DNA of 64,000 bases. Source: Candidatus Cloacimonadales bacterium (GTDB lineage: Bacteria > Cloacimonadota > Cloacimonadia > Cloacimonadales > JAFGVF01). The stretch lies in contig OY762964.1 in NCBI GenBank assembly GCA_963667035.1, forward strand, positions 64,001 through 128,000, given 5' to 3'. A program made the translations under genes and the position numbers. Below are positions 19,148-28,698 of the stretch, piece by piece. The number at the start of each line of letters is the position of its first letter. Within the stretch, counting starts at the first letter, position 1. Below the pieces are notes generated by a model. The model made no database searches and was not told the DNA's origin. It saw nothing but the letters and a program-made list of their open reading frames with translations.

Positions 19148-19669
19148 ATGAGAATTGAGACTTCAAGGTTATTAATTAGGAGTGTTACATTATCAGATTG
19201 CGAGGTATTAGTCTCATGGAAGAACCAAGAGCTTTTTCGTCGCATGTCGATAGGAATTGATGCAGTTATAACCGAGGAGAATCAGAAATCTGACATACAG
19301 AATAGTATCGATAATAATCAACCATACTACATAGTAGAACTAAAAGAAATTCATAAGCCTGTAGGGTACATAAGAATAAATTGGATGGATAGCGATAAGA
19401 AAATAGCCTGGCTTAGATTCGGTATGGGGGAAGAACGCAGAAAAGGCTACTGTAAAGAAGCGTTGTTAGCAGTTATTGCCAAATACTTTCAAGAGAACGT
19501 ACATCGCTTTGATGCTGAAGTATATGATTACAATGAAGCCAGTTTAACTCTCCTCAAATCCATTGGCTTTAAAAATGAAGGGGTTCGTAGAGAGGCGCAT
19601 ATTTCACCAGGGGGCTACTTTGTTGTGAGGATAATGGGGTTATTGCAGGGAGACATTATTTCGATATAG
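19148..19669 (+). CDS. GNAT acetyltransferase (RimJ/RimL type)
   Basis: IETSRLLIR, RRKGYCKEAL, NEASLTLLKSIGFKNEGVRRE. Confidence 0.85.
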   Translation: MRIETSRLLIRSVTLSDCEVLVSWKNQELFRRMSIGIDAVITEENQKSDIQNSIDNNQPYYIVELKEIHKPVGYIRINWMDSDKKIAWLRFGMGEERRKGYCKEALLAVIAKYFQENVHRFDAEVYDYNEASLTLLKSIGFKNEGVRREAHISPGGYFVVRIMGLLQGDIISI

Positions 19670-19728
19670 ATAGATTCCATTTGACAGTTAAAACTAATAA
19701 TAACTAAAATGAAAACAATGGGGGTGTT

Positions 19729-20571
19729 ATGAGTTCACCAAAGACATTAAAATTATTCTTAATGGATGGAGTCTCCGATGGTAGAATCATTTGCGAACTA
19801 TCCAACTGGACAGGTAAGGCATATAAACTACCAAGAGTATATGTAAAGCAAAGCAATGATAGAGAAGAACTAAGATCTACTGGAGTGTATTTTCTTTTAG
19901 GAAGAGAAGCAGACGAAAAATATACTGTTTATATCGGGGAGGCTGAGGACATATATCAAAGGCTCATGCAACATTTATCAACTAAGGATTTCTGGAATGA
20001 AGCGATTGTTTTTATTAGCAAGGATGAAAACTTAAATAAGGCTCATATAAAATACTTAGAACATAGGTTACACCAGATTGCTTGTAAAACTGACAGATAC
20101 ATTATAAAAAATAGTAATATACCCAACAAACCCTCAATATCTGAACCAGATCAAGCTGAAATGGAAGAGTTTGTTAACAACATAGTTATGATTATCCCGG
20201 TTTTAGGACATAAAGTCTTAGAAGATGTAGTGAAAGTTGATAAAAGAAAGAAGGATATCTTAGAGTTAGTAGGACCTAGAGGAGCTGATGCTAAAGGTAT
20301 AGTTACTCCTGAAGGATTTGTTGTTTTGAAAGGCTCTAAGTTTGCCAGTTCAGTTGTAAACTCCTTTCAGGGTGGATTAGTAAAACTTAGAGATAAACTT
20401 ATTTCTGAAAAAATCTTACTGAATATAGAAAACTCATTAGAGCTGTCGGCAGACTATGTATTTAGTAGCCCATCTACAGCAGCTTCTTTAGTACTAGGCC
20501 GTCCAGCTAATGGACTCACTGAATGGAAGAATAAAGCAAGCAAGACACTAAAAGATCTATATAAAAAGTGA
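19729..20571 (+). CDS. GIY-YIG nuclease with C-terminal DUF4357
   Basis: ELSNWTGKAY, GVYFLLG, VYIGEAE..RLMQH, LNKAHIKYLE; FVVLKGS, FSSPSTAA..VLGRPANGLTEWK. Confidence 0.85.
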   Translation: MSSPKTLKLFLMDGVSDGRIICELSNWTGKAYKLPRVYVKQSNDREELRSTGVYFLLGREADEKYTVYIGEAEDIYQRLMQHLSTKDFWNEAIVFISKDENLNKAHIKYLEHRLHQIACKTDRYIIKNSNIPNKPSISEPDQAEMEEFVNNIVMIIPVLGHKVLEDVVKVDKRKKDILELVGPRGADAKGIVTPEGFVVLKGSKFASSVVNSFQGGLVKLRDKLISEKILLNIENSLELSADYVFSSPSTAASLVLGRPANGLTEWKNKASKTLKDLYKK

Positions 20572-20666
20572 AGTATAGCAGGAGAAAAGTTGCAAGAAAC
20601 CAAAATGCCTGATGGGTTTAGGCTATAAATTTGGTGGTTAGTGACAACAACTTTTAGGGAGTTAAT

Positions 20667-21665
20667 ATGAATTTAGAAAGCAAGAAACTTTTTAATAACG
20701 ATGTTTTAGAAAGAATACTAAAACGGTACAACTATAGTAGGGACGATGTTACAGAACTGGGCGGTTTTGAGAGTTTTATCTACAAAGTAAGGCAACCTAA
20801 CCAAGATCTTATTCTCAGAATATCCCACAGTTTACATCGGACTACAGATGAAATCATTGCTGAATTGGAATTTGTCAATTTCTTAGCAGCTAATGGAGTA
20901 TCTGTTGCTCCGGCTTATCCATCTTCAGATGGCAACTTAGTTGAAGAGTTTCAGGTGGGTGACTCCTATTTTCTTACAACTGTTTTTAAGATGCTTGAGG
21001 GGCAGCATTTGAAACCTGAGGATAGAAGTGCCGAAGTATACGAGCAACTCGGTAGTATGATAGGTAAAATGCATCGACTCACAAAGTCATTCTCTTTTTC
21101 AAGAAAAGAGATTAACCGTCAACATTGGTATGAGGATTTCGAGCCGCTCATGGATTTCATTCCTGAGGACAAGGAAGAAGTTCGAAGAGAGGTTGTTAAG
21201 GTCATTGAAGAGATTAAAAGATTGCCGAGAGATAATGATAGCTATGGTCTTATCCATTCCGATGCCCACTTTGGGAATATGTTTATCAATGATGGGAAGT
21301 TATCTCTTTTCGATTTCGATGACGCTCAATATATGTACTTCATTAGTGATCTCGCAATAGTAGTCTTCTATAGCGTTATGGGTAGATATAAAGATATGGA
21401 TACTGATGATTTTGTCGCTTACATAATGACAAATTTACTAAAAGGCTACCGCAGAGAAAACAAACTGAGCAATTATTGGATTGAGAAGATTCCTCTTTTC
21501 CTAAAACTTAGAGAAGTGGAATTATATACTGTAATCCACATGAGCTTTACTGAAGAAGAAATGGCTACAAATTCTTGGTGCAAGATGTATATGACAGACA
21601 GAGAGCAAAAGATTTTGAATAAAGTTCCATATCTTAACTACGATTTTTCTAAGCACAATGAGTAG
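20667..21665 (+). CDS. APH-superfamily phosphotransferase (YerI/AmiN-like)
   Basis: GGFESFIY, ILRISH, YGLIHSDAHFGN, LFDFDD, FLKLRE. Confidence 0.85.
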   Translation: MNLESKKLFNNDVLERILKRYNYSRDDVTELGGFESFIYKVRQPNQDLILRISHSLHRTTDEIIAELEFVNFLAANGVSVAPAYPSSDGNLVEEFQVGDSYFLTTVFKMLEGQHLKPEDRSAEVYEQLGSMIGKMHRLTKSFSFSRKEINRQHWYEDFEPLMDFIPEDKEEVRREVVKVIEEIKRLPRDNDSYGLIHSDAHFGNMFINDGKLSLFDFDDAQYMYFISDLAIVVFYSVMGRYKDMDTDDFVAYIMTNLLKGYRRENKLSNYWIEKIPLFLKLREVELYTVIHMSFTEEEMATNSWCKMYMTDREQKILNKVPYLNYDFSKHNE

Positions 21666-21724
21666 TGTTATCATAGTATCATCATCCCTATTTTGCTTCT
21701 TTCTCTCTTAAAGACGTTAAATAT

Positions 21725-21825
21725 ACCATCTCAAAGAAAGCTATATGTAAGGTGTTTTTCCTGCTTGTATAGCAGGTAACATGTCAGATTTAACAGTGTG
21801 ATATTCCGTCTGTAACTATAGTAGA
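21725..21825 (-). pseudogene. Degraded copy of the 3' end of the four-helix-bundle gene
   Basis: Colinear with 22864-22964, including the identical run taacatgtcagatttaacagtg. Confidence 0.75.
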
Positions 21826-21881
21826 AAAGGTAAGTCTTTCAGTAGTTGGCAGGGATCGATTGTAACATCAGGAATAGCAGA

Positions 21882-21920
21882 AAACCGTTCACAAAGTTCA
21901 TAGAACCTTATGAACGGTTT
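21882..21920. terminator. Hairpin between convergent genes
   Basis: aaaccgttca...tgaacggttt stem. Confidence 0.6.
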
Positions 21921-21952
21921 CAGTATACTAATTGTTTATGATTTATTTAAAC

Positions 21953-22531
21953 CTATTTGTGCTTTAAATCCAGTTTAGCCTCTTCCTCAATCCGTTTTAA
22001 TTCATCGCTAGGAACATGCATTTTGTGTGCTAAATGCTGGATAGCATCCTTTTCTGCTGAATCTATTTTATGGTCAGCTAAGGCACAGTGATAGCATAAG
22101 CGAATCAGGTAATAACGCTTTTTAGGATTGTTCTGATATATTAGGCAGATATCATCAACAATCTTATCTAAATTTAGATTGTTTAACTCATAATCTTTTA
22201 AAATTTTGTTATAAATATTTAGCACCATTTCTTTCTCATGCTTGCCGAACTTCTCTATAAGTTTATTGTACTCGAAAGGTCTTTGCTCCAATTGATAGGT
22301 TATGTCATCAATAATTTGTTTCTTTTCTTCATTACTGAGATTGTTATCCGATTCAGCCACATGAATTAAAATTGCCATACTGCTGGTAATTAGAGAAAAT
22401 TCTTCAAAAACTTGTTTTTCTTCCTCAGTTTTTGGATTATAATTCTTAGGCTTAAAAAATTCATCTAAAGAATGCATTGGCTCATTTGTAACATGAATTA
22501 TGCCATCAATACCACTTTGCCACCTTGTCAT
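21953..22531 (-). CDS. TerB-family (DjlA N-terminal-like) protein
   Basis: LIHVAESDNNLSNEE and ALADHKIDSAEKDAI metal-binding repeats. Confidence 0.75.
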   Translation of the reverse strand: MTRWQSGIDGIIHVTNEPMHSLDEFFKPKNYNPKTEEEKQVFEEFSLITSSMAILIHVAESDNNLSNEEKKQIIDDITYQLEQRPFEYNKLIEKFGKHEKEMVLNIYNKILKDYELNNLNLDKIVDDICLIYQNNPKKRYYLIRLCYHCALADHKIDSAEKDAIQHLAHKMHVPSDELKRIEEEAKLDLKHK

Positions 22532-22812
22532 TTTTTGACCTCCGTTTTTCTTTGAATTATTAATCTAGATTTTTCCATCCTTCTCATCTTCTGTCAACAA
22601 TTGTTTCTAAGAAAAAACTGAGAAATTATTACTACTTTATTGTGATAAAGCAGTGATAGTGTATTTGATATCAGCTAATAAATCAACTAATATCAATTGA
22701 ATTTATATCATTGTAACACTACTAACTTCCTGTAACCACAGTGGATTAGCTGATTACAATCAAAAGGGTTATAGCAACAGGATGAAAGCCTAAGCAATAT
22801 AATTAATTAAAC

Positions 22813-23448
22813 CTAATTATTCCTTTTCTTAATTCTTGCCCGATAAAGTTTCTCACTAAAGCCACCATCACTAAGAAAGCTTTCTGCAAGGTGTTTCACC
22901 TGTTTATCGAGCAAATAACATGTCAGATTTAACAGTGACAATACCCCGTTTGCTACTAAAGCAGATGATGAAATACTATCAGTGACTGACAAAGACTGGC
23001 AGTCTTTGCCTTGTTTTATATCATGTCTGTTTTTGTTTGTCCCTGTGCTTCCCTGTCTTGCTTTCTCTCTCCTCACCCAAGCTTGAAACTCCTCCAAGGT
23101 ATCACACCGAGATTTCTTTAGTCTAATCAAAATCGGGTTATCAGGTTCTAATAATGGCATCCCTCTTTGTCTGAGGAAGTCTTCATAATCCAGTTTGAGT
23201 TCCTCCAGGCTGGCTCGCGCTACCTGCGTCAATTTTATCTCAGTTTTCTTTGAGGTTGCTGATGCCTGAGAGCCTTCTGCAATATTCTGCACTCCCGATC
23301 TCGCTGCTTGAACCATCTGATCCGTTGTCCTGCTGAATTTGCTAACATACAATTCACAGAACCTCACTGTTATGTCATATACAAGGCGTGCCTTATGAAA
23401 GCCTAAAAGCTTTCTGTAGCCACCATGATTTTGGATTATCTCCGACAT
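22813..23448 (-). CDS. Four-helix-bundle protein with suffix domain (23S IVS protein family)
   Basis: HGGYRKL, RTTDQMVQAARSGVQNIAEGS, ARASLEELKLDYEDFL, DGGFSEKLYRAR; start set at ATG after GGAGG. Confidence 0.88.
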   Translation of the reverse strand: MSEIIQNHGGYRKLLGFHKARLVYDITVRFCELYVSKFSRTTDQMVQAARSGVQNIAEGSQASATSKKTEIKLTQVARASLEELKLDYEDFLRQRGMPLLEPDNPILIRLKKSRCDTLEEFQAWVRREKARQGSTGTNKNRHDIKQGKDCQSLSVTDSISSSALVANGVLSLLNLTCYLLDKQVKHLAESFLSDGGFSEKLYRARIKKRNN

Positions 23449-23540
23449 ACAAAACCTCCAACTCAATAATATGAATAGAGATAGGTATGTCGAGAAAATT
23501 ATTTCTGCTAAGAGTAACAGTTGAGAAAATCAAGAACTAT

Positions 23541-23720
23541 CAGTGACGGACAGGGACAATCAGGGAATCTGGAATCCACAAAAAAATATCAGAATTCAAG
23601 ATAAAAGTATGCTTCTATTTGCATCTTACTGTATGTCTCTACCTGTCCCTGTAAGTCCCTGTTCTGCAATTCTCTGCTTGTCAACTCTTGCCCCTGATGG
23701 TCCCTGTTCGTCTCTGTCTT
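23541..23720. repeat. Degenerate ~10-bp CAGGGAC repeats in inverted arrangement
   Basis: gacggacagggacaatcaggga ... gtccctgtaagtccctgt ... gcccctgatggtccctgttcgtc. Confidence 0.7.
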
Positions 23721-23760
23721 GCATTTCTTGCAATCAAAATTAGAATTTTTCAAGCAATTG

Positions 23761-23787
23761 TCCTCTATCATTGCTCTATCACAATAA
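23761..23787 (+). repeat. Third copy of the CTCTATC-N4-CTCTATC motif
   Basis: tcctctatcattgctctatcacaataa versus tcctctatcaatgctctatcttaataa at 17208. Confidence 0.7.
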
Positions 23788-23996
23788 CCCCGAAATGGTA
23801 GTCCGATTTCTGAGAGTCTCTTGGGCAATCCCTGGGCTGGAAGATAAGTGAGTCATGGGTTTTGGGACAGAAAATGACCAATTTTTGTGTCTTATTGTGA
23901 TAGGGCTGTGAAAGTGCATGGAATATCATCTATTCTCCAATACAAATTAATAGAATTATTAACATTGAGATGAAATCAATATTATTTAACTTGTAT

Positions 23997-24081
23997 TGAA
24001 TCTTAGTATTGAGAAGAAGAAGGCGATAAAAGATGCTCTTGATGCCGGGATAAAGGTACTGATGAAAGCTGTGGATGTTGT
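23997..24081 (+). repeat. 85-bp direct repeat of the 3' end of ORF 27108-27416
   Basis: Aligns without gaps to 27325-27409 with 8 mismatches by hand count. Confidence 0.9.
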
Positions 24082-24144
24082 GTCATTTGTATTGCAAGAG
24101 TGCCCTCTTATCTACAACCCTGAAGGGGTAGCCCATATTTATTG

Positions 24145-24780
24145 TTATTGAGTTTTCTCCTGTTTTGCATCACCGTTTTTATAATCTTTTATTTGATTAT
24201 AGTACTCACTCCAGATTTCATTTAAATGCTGTTTCGTATCTTCTTCATTTGCCATTCTATAACTAAAGATTAAACCTTTTACAGTGATTGAGGGAAATAG
24301 TCTAACATCAGATACTTGTACAAGGAGCTCTATATTATACATAGATTTCACAAACATATTGTTACCATCAATTGTATAATAGGTTTCAATGATTGTTGGA
24401 ATTGTAACATTTGGTAGTATGATAGTTTTGTTTTTTTCTTTTGAAATGCATTTATTTATAATCATTTTAATGCTCTCTATTGGTGAGCTTATGTATAATA
24501 AATAATCTGGTGATTCTATCGTCCATTGGTTTTCTGAAATAGCATCTGGATAGTGTGCTACTACTCGCTGTAATTGCACCTTTTCATTAGTTGGCCCTAT
24601 TTGAATAGTAAGATTTTCATTTATCTTAACACTCTTAAGTATTGTCATGAATTCATTATTATATTTCTTTGCTGATAGCTTATAAGATTTGTTTGCAATG
24701 TAACTACTGTATATTGATATGAATAAAGCTAATATTGATATAGCAACTGTTATAAGGCTAATGTTCTTTGCTGACATCAT
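24145..24780 (-). CDS. Hypothetical protein with N-terminal TM anchor
   Basis: ISLITVAISILALFISIYSSY; start overlaps the upstream stop (ATGA). Confidence 0.7.
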   Translation of the reverse strand: MMSAKNISLITVAISILALFISIYSSYIANKSYKLSAKKYNNEFMTILKSVKINENLTIQIGPTNEKVQLQRVVAHYPDAISENQWTIESPDYLLYISSPIESIKMIINKCISKEKNKTIILPNVTIPTIIETYYTIDGNNMFVKSMYNIELLVQVSDVRLFPSITVKGLIFSYRMANEEDTKQHLNEIWSEYYNQIKDYKNGDAKQEKTQ

Positions 24781-26597
24781 TCCTTAACCTTTCTATGTAG
24801 ATTTGATACAAAATCATAGCAGTATTGGTATTTCTCAATTAGAGACGCTTGTGATATTTTTGTATTGTTAAAGTCTTTGATTATCCTATTTACAAGAAGT
24901 GACTTTAGGTCTTTACATTTACCATCAAGATCAATCTTTAACGCCTTTTTTTGTTTTTTTAAATCATTTAAGATTGGGATCTTATCATTAATTGACGGAA
25001 TAAAACCATAAAGCTCATTTACAATTTCTTTTACAATATCATCAGGATACAGATCTTCTAGTGTAAAACTTGTCTTGGAAAGGTTGCAAAGCTCGGATAA
25101 CTCAAAAGCAGTGTCATTGTAACTGGCATCATTTTCTATTACTTGCGTTTTTACTGTTCGACCTTCATTATCTGAATCAACAACAACAAACCCGTGAACT
25201 GACTTGTTATTAAAAAACTTAGTATATGTATGTATTTTTGATGCTGAACCTGCAGAAATTGTCTTTAACTGAACTGGTTTTAGTGTCTTTTCGAATCTGG
25301 TGGTTATTGCATCAAACAAGTCCTTATCTGTTTTCCCCTCAAAAATAATCATGTTAGGTTCAATAAACTCGTATATTGAAGTGCCAAGGGCCTCATAGAT
25401 AATTTCTTCTTGTAATGGATTGTCTATAGAAAGCCTTGTAAACGAAGAGACACCGTTTTCTTTAACAACTTTGAGATGACGATCAATATTTAGTTTGTCA
25501 ACAAAATATATTGAATGTGACGAGACTAAAACTAAATTGGTGGAAGAGATATTGATAAGCTCATTCCTTAAATATTTAATACTGCTTGGATGAAGGCTAT
25601 TTTCAGGTTCATCAATAAGTACTATATTGTTTTTTAACTTATCTGTACTGTTTTCAGCAGAGAGAGTGAGAAGTATAGATATGAAATGCTTAAATCCATC
25701 ACTTCGCTGGTTCATTTTAAACATTGACTTGTCCTTATCATTGTCACTAATTAACACAGTGCAAGTATTAGTTTCGATTCTGACAACGAAAGTAATTTTA
25801 TGCTCTGGCCATAATTTGTTTATATAATTTGTAGTGCATTCGCCAATTTCTCTTTCTAATTCTATCCTCCCCTCAGATGTTGTTTTTGCTGTGTCAATTC
25901 TATGATCAATGAGCTCATCACTGATTCCAGATATTTTAAACATATTCCTTAGTGGTATGGAACTATTCTTATCAGCTTTGAAACTATCTAAATTTATTGG
26001 TTTATTTATTAGATATTCATCCTTTGCCTCCCAATTAATTACTGGGGGGATTATACTAGGGATAAATTTTTGTAAATGTTGGACTAAAACCGAGTCCAAG
26101 ATATCCTGAGTTAATGCTATTACTCTGCCAACATTCTTTTCAACAAATTTATTATGAAACGATCCTTTCTCTTCGGAAAACACATAATGATCTAAAAGAA
26201 ATTGATTATCAAGCAGGTCTAACTGATAATTAGTTACAACTTTTGAGTTGTGATCAAACTTTTTGCTAACGATTAGAAAAGACTTTGCGAGGACTGCAAT
26301 TAAATCTATGGGTAAACCACTATTCTTAAAACAAGTTTTAATCTCATTCTCAGTCATTAAAAAAAAATATCTGAGTTCAATCTCCCGCTTATTCTTGCCT
26401 GCTTCTTTTTCACAATCATCATTATATTTAACTTTTTGTTGAGGATCTAGTAAACTGATGGCTTTAAGCAAACTACTCTTACCAGCACCATTTTTTCCAA
26501 AAAAGATGTGGCAGTTTTTATCAGATATTGCATCAAACGATAATTCTTCATCTTTAATACTACGGAAATTTCTAATCTTAACTTTGCTTAGTTTCAT
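24777..26597 (-). CDS. ABC-type ATPase plus TOPRIM nuclease (OLD/GajA-like)
   Basis: IRNFRSI, GKNGAGKSS, QRSDGFK, LIDEPENSLHP, SSHS; TOPRIM IFEGKTD and VVDSD. Confidence 0.85.
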   Translation of the reverse strand: MKLSKVKIRNFRSIKDEELSFDAISDKNCHIFFGKNGAGKSSLLKAISLLDPQQKVKYNDDCEKEAGKNKREIELRYFFLMTENEIKTCFKNSGLPIDLIAVLAKSFLIVSKKFDHNSKVVTNYQLDLLDNQFLLDHYVFSEEKGSFHNKFVEKNVGRVIALTQDILDSVLVQHLQKFIPSIIPPVINWEAKDEYLINKPINLDSFKADKNSSIPLRNMFKISGISDELIDHRIDTAKTTSEGRIELEREIGECTTNYINKLWPEHKITFVVRIETNTCTVLISDNDKDKSMFKMNQRSDGFKHFISILLTLSAENSTDKLKNNIVLIDEPENSLHPSSIKYLRNELINISSTNLVLVSSHSIYFVDKLNIDRHLKVVKENGVSSFTRLSIDNPLQEEIIYEALGTSIYEFIEPNMIIFEGKTDKDLFDAITTRFEKTLKPVQLKTISAGSASKIHTYTKFFNNKSVHGFVVVDSDNEGRTVKTQVIENDASYNDTAFELSELCNLSKTSFTLEDLYPDDIVKEIVNELYGFIPSINDKIPILNDLKKQKKALKIDLDGKCKDLKSLLVNRIIKDFNNTKISQASLIEKYQYCYDFVSNLHRKVKE

Positions 26598-26900
26598 ATT
26601 CCCCTCTTATCATAAACAGTGATTTTAAATATCTTTTACTATTGATTACATTATGTATTAAGATAGGTCATTACTTTTGTCAAATCAAAAGATAACTTTT
26701 CTTCATTAGTTATGCCTACTAATGCCAAAAGAAAGCAGTTCAGCCCAATATGCAATACATAATATTTCTTAACATCTATTTATAGAACTTAAAATAGAAA
26801 AATATTGAGTATTGATACTCCTATGTGTTAATCCATTGACACCTATTTCAATATAATATGGGTTTGTTCTGAGTAAACTTAATAACAAACTGGAGCCACC

Positions 26901-27094
26901 ATGCAAAAAACAAAACTTTTAGGGTTCTAGTAATAGCAATACTGCTAAGTTCCTGTTCATACAGCAAATTAGCGGATTATAATCAAAGAACCGCTGATAA
27001 GATTATTGAGATATCTAAGAAGGTTAAGTTGAATAGTAAGGCAATCAAGAGGAATATAATAGCGATAGCAACGGGAGAGAAGCTTAAGCAATAA
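26901..27094 (+). pseudogene. Frameshifted, truncated lipoprotein
   Basis: GGAG RBS, MQKTKLL then frameshift to VLVIAILLSSC (lipobox)...IATGEKLKQ*. Confidence 0.55.
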
Positions 27095-27107
27095 CAGAGG
27101 AGCTACT

Positions 27108-27416
27108 ATGGATTTTGAACAAATATTAAGTGATATGCTTTCTGAGATGAAGGTATCGTTGGGTGATAATGTAACTGAAGCTTATGGATTACTAAAACAG
27201 TATGTAGAAAACAACAAAGATGCCATTGAAGAGGCTACAACTATGCTCAAGAATGGTGAGATAAGTGCTGACGAGTTCAAAAGCACCATGGAAGATAATG
27301 CACTAGCTTTAGAATCGGAAATGCTGAATCTTAGTATCAAGAAGAAGAAGGCGATAAAGGATGCTCTTGATGCCGGGGTGAAGGTGCTGATGAAGACTGT
27401 GGATGTTGTAGTTTAG
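27108..27416 (+). CDS. Hypothetical helical protein
   Basis: GAGGAG RBS; 102 aa. Confidence 0.75.
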   Translation: MDFEQILSDMLSEMKVSLGDNVTEAYGLLKQYVENNKDAIEEATTMLKNGEISADEFKSTMEDNALALESEMLNLSIKKKKAIKDALDAGVKVLMKTVDVVV

Positions 27417-27417
27417 G

Positions 27418-27572
27418 GTCGAACTTTCAGTTCGAAGACAAGCTGGAAGCATGTTCTACGGGCAAGATGCAGACAAGGATGTCTGCGTACCCGGTAATGT
27501 CGAACCTTTGGCTCGAAGACGATCTGGAAGCATATCTTACGGGCAAGAGGCGGACAGAGATGTAAGCTTACC
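27418..27572. repeat. Tandem REP-like unit x2 (~81-bp period)
   Basis: gtcgaac...tcgaagac...ctggaagcat...tacgggcaaga.gc.gaca..gatgt...tacc repeated at 27418 and 27499. Confidence 0.8.
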
Positions 27573-27612
27573 AAATACTACAATCTATATTGAAAGATTA
27601 GAGGATGTGAAG

Positions 27613-28065
27613 ATGGAATTGATATCAGTTCGGGAAAGACCGGAATATAAAGATAGAGTTATAGAGTACTTCCAGAGTAAATGGGCTTCGGAAGCTAGTA
27701 TGAAAGTTTATGAAGATAGCATTACAAGCTGTCTTGAAACATCCAGTCCATTACCTCAATGGTATATCTTGGAAGATGCAGGTGCTATTATCGGATGTGC
27801 AGGTTTAATCACAAATGATTTTATCAGCCGAATGGATCTATATCCTTGGGTCTGTGCCATATATATTGAAAAGGAGCATAGAGGTAACTCCTTTGGCAAA
27901 ATCCTTCTTGAAAGAGCTATGGAAGATACTAAAAAGGGTGGTTTTAATAGTTTACACTTATGCACCGATCTTGATGGTTATTACGAGAAATATGGTTTTG
28001 ATTACATCGGAGTCGGTTATCACCCCTGGGGAGAAGAATCAAAGGTATACAAGATTGATTTATGA
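27613..28065 (+). CDS. GNAT acetyltransferase
   Basis: Start at MELISVRERPE after a GAGG RBS; IIGCAGLITNDFISRMDLYPWVCAIYIEKEHRG, YEKYGF. Confidence 0.88.
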   Translation: MELISVRERPEYKDRVIEYFQSKWASEASMKVYEDSITSCLETSSPLPQWYILEDAGAIIGCAGLITNDFISRMDLYPWVCAIYIEKEHRGNSFGKILLERAMEDTKKGGFNSLHLCTDLDGYYEKYGFDYIGVGYHPWGEESKVYKIDL

Positions 28066-28698
28066 GCCATGTTTGCTCACTACCTGATATCTCAAAACAG
28101 TCTTAAGCTTCTCAGGTGCAACTTTCCTGGCGTCAGTTAGGTAAATCTCTTTATGTTTACCAGAAAGTCGGGTTAAACAATGATCATTACAATATTGTTC
28201 CATGATTTTGAAGCTTGCCGGTTCGCTATCATAACTTCCCAAATGCAACATCTGAACACATTTTCCTTCACTTAATGACTCGAAAGTCACTTGATCTAGA
28301 AGTTCACTAGGTTTCTTCTTTTTAACTTTTTCGAGAATCGTTTCGAACAACTCTTGCGTTACAAAATCAGGTTGTCTTATCATCAGAGTAAAGATAAGTG
28401 AGTCTTTGTCCAAAGTACCTTTACAGCTCTTCTTCGCTTCCTCAGAAATATCCCAAATCCCTTCTAAGGGATACACTGTGTATTCAAAGTAACCCTCCGG
28501 AGTATGTCCGGATTTAGGAGCCATTCTAACCCCATAGGAAAGAGAATATAATGCCTCTATATAGTTAGCGAAGAAGTCATCGTTGGGATTCCCTTTTCCC
28601 CGTATCATGAAATACTTGAATGCAGGAATCTCAACTAGCTCCGGTTTGTTTTTTGGTAGATAAATCGACTTCTCTTTCTTTCGCCATTCATGTTTCAT
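28060..28698 (-). CDS. GyrI-like small-molecule-binding domain protein
   Basis: MKHEWRKKEK..YLPK, GKGNPN, YTVYPLEGIW, MIRQPDFVT, CVQMLHLGSYDSE, HKEIYLTD. Confidence 0.85.
   Translation of the reverse strand: MKHEWRKKEKSIYLPKNKPELVEIPAFKYFMIRGKGNPNDDFFANYIEALYSLSYGVRMAPKSGHTPEGYFEYTVYPLEGIWDISEEAKKSCKGTLDKDSLIFTLMIRQPDFVTQELFETILEKVKKKKPSELLDQVTFESLSEGKCVQMLHLGSYDSEPASFKIMEQYCNDHCLTRLSGKHKEIYLTDARKVAPEKLKTVLRYQVVSKHGS

Noticed and set aside
20590..20628. Possible leader MQETKMPDGFRL before the YerI-like kinase
   Set aside because: TTG start with short RBS spacing and no terminator/antiterminator set; insufficient support
22813..23448. Four-helix bundle as Avd of a diversity-generating retroelement
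   Set aside because: No reverse transcriptase seen; the duplicated segments differ at all base types, not only adenines
27068..27080. agcaacgggagag match to the 11-bp repeat unit
   Set aside because: Single copy within a pseudogene reading frame; likely chance
27451..27612. N-terminal extension of the GNAT in the ORF track
   Set aside because: It is translated REP repeat; a better RBS and start lie at 27613
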